DNA from: Bugula neritina
Lineage: Eukaryota > Animalia > Bryozoa
Reading direction: 5' to 3'
Length of the DNA stretch: 28,050 nt
Assembly: GCA_964035545.1 (NCBI GenBank)
Contig: CAXIUT010000198.1
Location: 1-28,050, forward strand
Shown here: piece by piece, positions 25,352 through 28,050 of the stretch
Layout of the letters: each line of letters opens with the position of its first letter
Position numbering within the stretch: the first letter of the stretch is position 1
Notes under the pieces: generated by a model
Seen by the model: the letters and a program-made list of their open reading frames with translations, nothing else
The model's database searches: none
What the model was told of the DNA's origin: nothing
Made by a program: the position numbers and the translations under genes

Positions 25352-25794
25352 ATGTTCTCGAAAGTTGGAAAGGTATGCAAGTATTTTTCATCTTTAATCA
25401 AAGACGAAGTTCAATTTACTAAATCATTTACTAATGTATTTTACTTATGATAAAGGCTTTGACTTAGAAGTTAGCATCGAGATAGAAATCTTAGTTCCTT
25501 AGATTAGAGATATCAGCAGGATGTATTTTTATTGATGATTTAGAAGGGTGTGAGGGATATACTTATAAGTTTAAATTTGATAATGTACTTAATAAAAATG
25601 ATTTTGTTTCTAAAATTGAAAATGATAGAATTGTTTTTGCTTTGGGAGAAGAAGAATTGCATTTAGTTAAGGGATCAACTCTAGATTATGTTAAAGAAAT
25701 GATGAGAGAGACCTTTTATGTTATGGAAAATCCTAATGCAGAGTTATCTTGTAGCTGTAAGACCTCTTTTTCACCGAAGGATTTTTTAGTTTGA
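25352..25794 (+). CDS. ISCA2: Mitochondrial Fe-S assembly protein IscA2/HesB family (133 aa); introns 25436-25455 (20 nt), 25523-25543 (21 nt)
   Basis: Presequence-like N-terminus, FLRLEISAGEGCEGYTYKF, VKGSTLDY, ENPNAELSCSCKTSF. Confidence 0.9.
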
Positions 25795-25970
25795 TATAAT
25801 TAAATTTATCATGATTAAAATCATATTTAAGCTTATCAAAGATTAAATTTCATCAACAATAACTAGAATTTAATAAAATTAAAATTAGTTTTTTCCTGAT
25901 TTTTGATTTAAACTATTTGTTATTTTGTTATTCTAAACTAAATTAGTAATCTTTATCTCAGTTCAAATTT

Positions 25971-27416
25971 ATGTAAAAGTTTGATTCTTCTCCTTTAGCA
26001 TAATCCCCATCTCCAAAGTATCACTCGAAAAACGAACCTATGATATCAAGTCACCTATATTCAAGTCACAAACATAAGAAAATATTAGTAGACAGATTTG
26101 GCGGGATTCATAGAGAAGATATAGAACGAAAAGGAACATTTGCTCCTTTAGTCTGTGTTAGTCAGAACTTTTAAAGAGTTTCAGAGAAGGTAGATAGTAT
26201 GACTGAGATGTTTTAAAGGCAATAGTTGAAAGATATTTGTGCGGAGGTAGATAAAAAGAATGAGATATTTGAGTCTTTGCTGCATAAAAACAAAAATAAA
26301 GAGACAATTCTCAAAGAACTTATGTAAAAGATCATTAAAGTCAATGTTGCAAAAGATAAAACTCGAAAGATGGTAATTGATTCAAACTAATTCAAACACA
26401 ACTTGCTTAGACAAAAATAAAAACATAATACGATCATTAATGAGCTATCTTACTAAACTGATAAGAAAATATTGAGACAAGAGCGAGAAGGCATCTTGGC
26501 TGCTCACTAGTTCTATCTAAAGAGCAAAAATATTGAACACACTAAACAAGCTATCGATTAAATTAAAGAGAAAACATCTATTATTCGAAAGTAGTAGTCA
26601 AAACTGGATAAAGTGATAGATGAAGAGACTATAAAAACGAAATAAAAGATGAATGTGATAAGTGAAGTAAACAAATAAATATAGAAAGTGAAGAGTGAGT
26701 TGCATATATCTGCTATTCAGTTATCAATTTTGAAGATTCAGATAAGTCCTAATTTGAGAACCAATTTTGCAACAGTTAGTTTGAATCCTTCCTAAGATAG
26801 ATGGAAAATATTGGACAAGACTTCAAATACTTGGCCTAGAAATAAAATAAAGCTGATGACTAATAATTAAATTAGAGACTACTTGATTATTCAGTTGTAT
26901 CCTTCTTGGAGGAGAATGATCAATAAAATATCGAGTTAGTTTATAGGATATCAGCAAATTTTATGTTATCCTTTTGAAGAAGAACAAAAAATTCATAATT
27001 TGACTTTATATTTTCCTCAAAAAAGTCAAAATCAACGTAATACTATGAGTCGAGTTAAAAGTTTAATAGTATATTATTCACCCGTTCCTAGTCACTAGCA
27101 AGAGCTCATTGATTTGATTCGTAGTATGTAGGGTCTTAACAATGGCATTCTTTTTATAATAAAAATTTTTATCTAGGAACTTCAAAACGGGAACCAGTAG
27201 ATTCAGATAGAATACGAATATTTAGGCATTTCTCGTAGTAAGCGTGTGTAGTTGGTGTGGCTGAAGCAGTTGAATAAAGAGAGTGTGATTCGTTATTTAT
27301 CTAAGAAGGAAGATCTGGCTGTTTTGTTCAAATTATAGATTCCATTGATTCCTGGAAGTTTGAGTGAGAAAATGCAATACTAATAAGTATATGATACTAT
27401 TCGTAGATATAGATGA
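25971..27416 (+). CDS. Hypothetical protein, N-terminal coiled coil plus C-terminal globular domain (481 aa)
   Basis: Single TGA-free frame from ATG 25971 to TGA 27414-27416, ending 30 bp before the telomere. Confidence 0.8.
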
Positions 27417-27446
27417 TTATTGATTGAGTATTTTATTTAAACATAA

Positions 27447-27527
27447 GGGGTTGGGGTTGGGGTTGGGGTTGGGGTTGGGGTTGGGGTTGGGGTTGGGGTT
27501 GGGGTTGGGGTTGGGGTTGGGGTTGGG
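27447..27527. repeat. Right telomere, (GGGGTT)n
   Basis: 81 bp of pure G4T2 in the orientation that caps the right end of the 1-27527 molecule. Confidence 0.97.
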
Positions 27528-28050
27528 CTACATTTTTTGTGTTATTAAACCATTCCTACTCTTTCCCCATTTTTAAATTTCAATACTATTTAACTTTTAA
27601 CTCGATTTCTAATGACTCTAACAGCCTACAATTCTCTTAATTCCATCATTTGACATTATCCATCTTCTACGACTACTATATGATAATAACTAACCAATAA
27701 ATATCGTCTATTCTGGTGTAAAAAGCAAACAAGTTTCTCATTAACTGTTATTTGTCGATCTGGATCAGGCAATAGATGGTTGAGAAGATTATTCCAGCGT
27801 TGGAGGGAGAACAGGAAAGGGTTATCTGTGAGGAAGTCGTGGTTGAGGTGGATGAGGGGACGGAAGGAAGGTTTTTATTTGATTGATTATCGGATATTGA
27901 AAAATAGTTTTACTAGATTGACTGGGTTTTTGAAGTTGTTGATGAGGAAGGATAATTTAGGAAATTTAGCAAGCAAATTGGTTAAATAGTATTTTCCTAT
28001 ACTATTTTTTAAATTCTTTTATCTGACAAAGCGATTGACCATTTAGTACT
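27528..28050 (-). CDS. Partial CDS from another locus, joined to the telomere
   Basis: TGA-free minus frame from the window edge (..MVNRFVREKNLKNSIGKYYLTNLLAKFPK...ERVGMVEEHKKCS) runs into the telomere with no stop. Confidence 0.6.

Noticed and set aside
893-27989. ORFs in the supplied six-frame track
   Set aside because: Computed with TAA/TAG as stops. Most are antisense or off-frame shadows (e.g. 893-1156, 15505-16080, 27780-27989) and the rest are fragments of larger genes.
1-28050. CRISPR array, transposon, or Tetrahymena Cbs (TAAACCAACCTC)
   Set aside because: No repeat-spacer array, transposase motif or full Cbs match seen. Only short TAAACC words occur (e.g. ~25299), as expected by chance.

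Overview
AT-rich ciliate macronuclear DNA. Positions 1-27527 are a complete telomere-to-telomere minichromosome of about 27.5 kb, with (CCCCAA)n on the left and (GGGGTT)n on the right. It is followed by 523 bp of unrelated coding sequence joined beyond the right telomere, probably a chimera. The supplied ORF track is misleading because TAA and TAG are sense codons. At invariant positions they encode Glu (kinase APE/SPE, kinesin LEGFNG, EF-hand position 12), and TGA is the only stop. This matches the peritrich-type code (NCBI table 30). Read this way, the chromosome holds 19 densely packed protein genes plus tRNA-Ala(UGC). They include CK2beta, kinesin-2, three kinases, a TRAF-type zinc-finger/UIM protein, an Ac45/VOA1-like protein, AK7, an EF-hand purple acid phosphatase, an mL59-like protein, and adjacent ISD11-like and ISCA2 genes. 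Fifteen inferred introns are almost invariant in size: 13 of 20 nt and 2 of 21 nt, all GTA...AG. A noisy fold-back inverted repeat corrupts AK7 and is probably an amplification or assembly artefact. All translations were done by hand and no database searches were run.
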